DNA from: Camelus dromedarius
Taxonomy: Eukaryota
Direction: 5' to 3'
Length of the DNA stretch: 64,000 nucleotides
Assembly (NCBI RefSeq): GCF_036321535.1
Contig: NC_087437.1
Span: 33,668,001 to 33,732,000, forward strand
Shown: piece by piece, positions 63,120-64,000 of the stretch
Numbering within the stretch: position 1 is the stretch's first letter
How the letters are laid out: each line of letters begins with the position of its first letter
Notes under the pieces: generated by a model
The model's database searches: none
The model's input: only the letters and a program-made list of their open reading frames with translations
Told to the model about the DNA's origin: nothing
Program-made: the position numbers and the translations under genes

Positions 63120-63442
63120 TTAGTTCTCAATATAAATAGCATCATTCTATATATTATACTATTTTATAAATGTATCTGGCTGTTCATACATAAAAATGCA
63201 TCCTGGACATCTTCCCATAACTTTATGTCTCAATCTTCCTCATATTTATTAACAGTTTCATAATAATCTATTGTATGGATGTGCTGTAGTCATTTAACTG
63301 CCCCCACCTCATGGGTGGTCATTTATGTTTATAAATTTTGCTATTATAAACATACCAGAATGAGCATCCTCACTTAAATCTATGCTTGTACACATATGAG
63401 ACTATTTTTGAAGATGGATTCCCAGAAATGGACTTACTAGGT
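63120..63442 (-). mobile_element. Old L1M remnant
   Basis: AAATAGCATCATTCTATA...ATTGTATGGATGTGC...TTTGCTATTATAAAC...ATTCCCAGAAATGGA. Confidence 0.7.
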
Positions 63443-64000
63443 CAAAAAAAATTTTTTTTCTTTTCCTTTATCAGAACTCCAAAAAATTTTAGTTGTAGTG
63501 AGAGAATCTGATCTAGGAACCAGCTGGTTGGACTCTTTTGTGGCCTCTGTTCCCACTCACAACCTCCCCAGGTGTTGGCAACTGTCTGCACACTGTAGAG
63601 GAAATTTCCTTGTAGAGGAAAAGCGCACTGCACTGCGAATTGCCCGTCTTCTAGTGAGTTGTTGGTCACCCAGTTGCTGTGTGACCCTGAGCAGTAAGTG
63701 ATGCCTCTGGTGACTTTCATTTCCTCTTCTGTAAATAAGATCCTTCCATCTACAGCAGTGTTCCTTAACTCTAAAGACCGGAATAACACTTAGTTATTCT
63801 GACTTCTTTGATTTTGAAAAATAACATACATGCCACAAAGGGTTATCTGGCCTCACTGCAAGTTCAAATGGTATGGTGATAAGACTGTATTAAAAACATT
63901 TATAAAGGTCCATGGTAAAGAGTTCATTATGGTTCATTAAATCCCCTCATGCTTTTATCCACTTTAGTTACTGTATTTCCTGTAAATGGGATTTATGCCA

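Overview
This is mammalian, repeat-rich, non-coding DNA (intronic or intergenic). I could not identify any host protein-coding gene, and no ORF in the supplied track looks like a real protein apart from decayed L1 ORF2 pieces. The window holds many ancient eutherian repeats (MIR, L2, L3/CR1, MaLR/ERVL LTRs, hAT MER elements, old L1M) plus younger L1 insertions. Their 3' ends look artiodactyl, probably camelid; this is an inference, supported by the absence of recognisable Alu, B1, Can-SINE, Bov-tA or PRE-1 elements. The least explained structure is a ~95-bp direct repeat (431-527 and 2205-2299, ~88% identical) that matches no repeat family I recognise. Each copy is attached to a different, unassigned, relatively CpG-rich segment of ~250 bp. 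Other notable items are a tailless 5'-half tRNA-Lys(CTT) retrocopy with a TSD and a PBS-like 5' extension, an 81-bp near-perfect hairpin, a twin-primed (5'-inverted) L1, and several repeat-free enhancer-like blocks. Repeat family names and boundaries come from recalled consensus sequences read by eye and are approximate.
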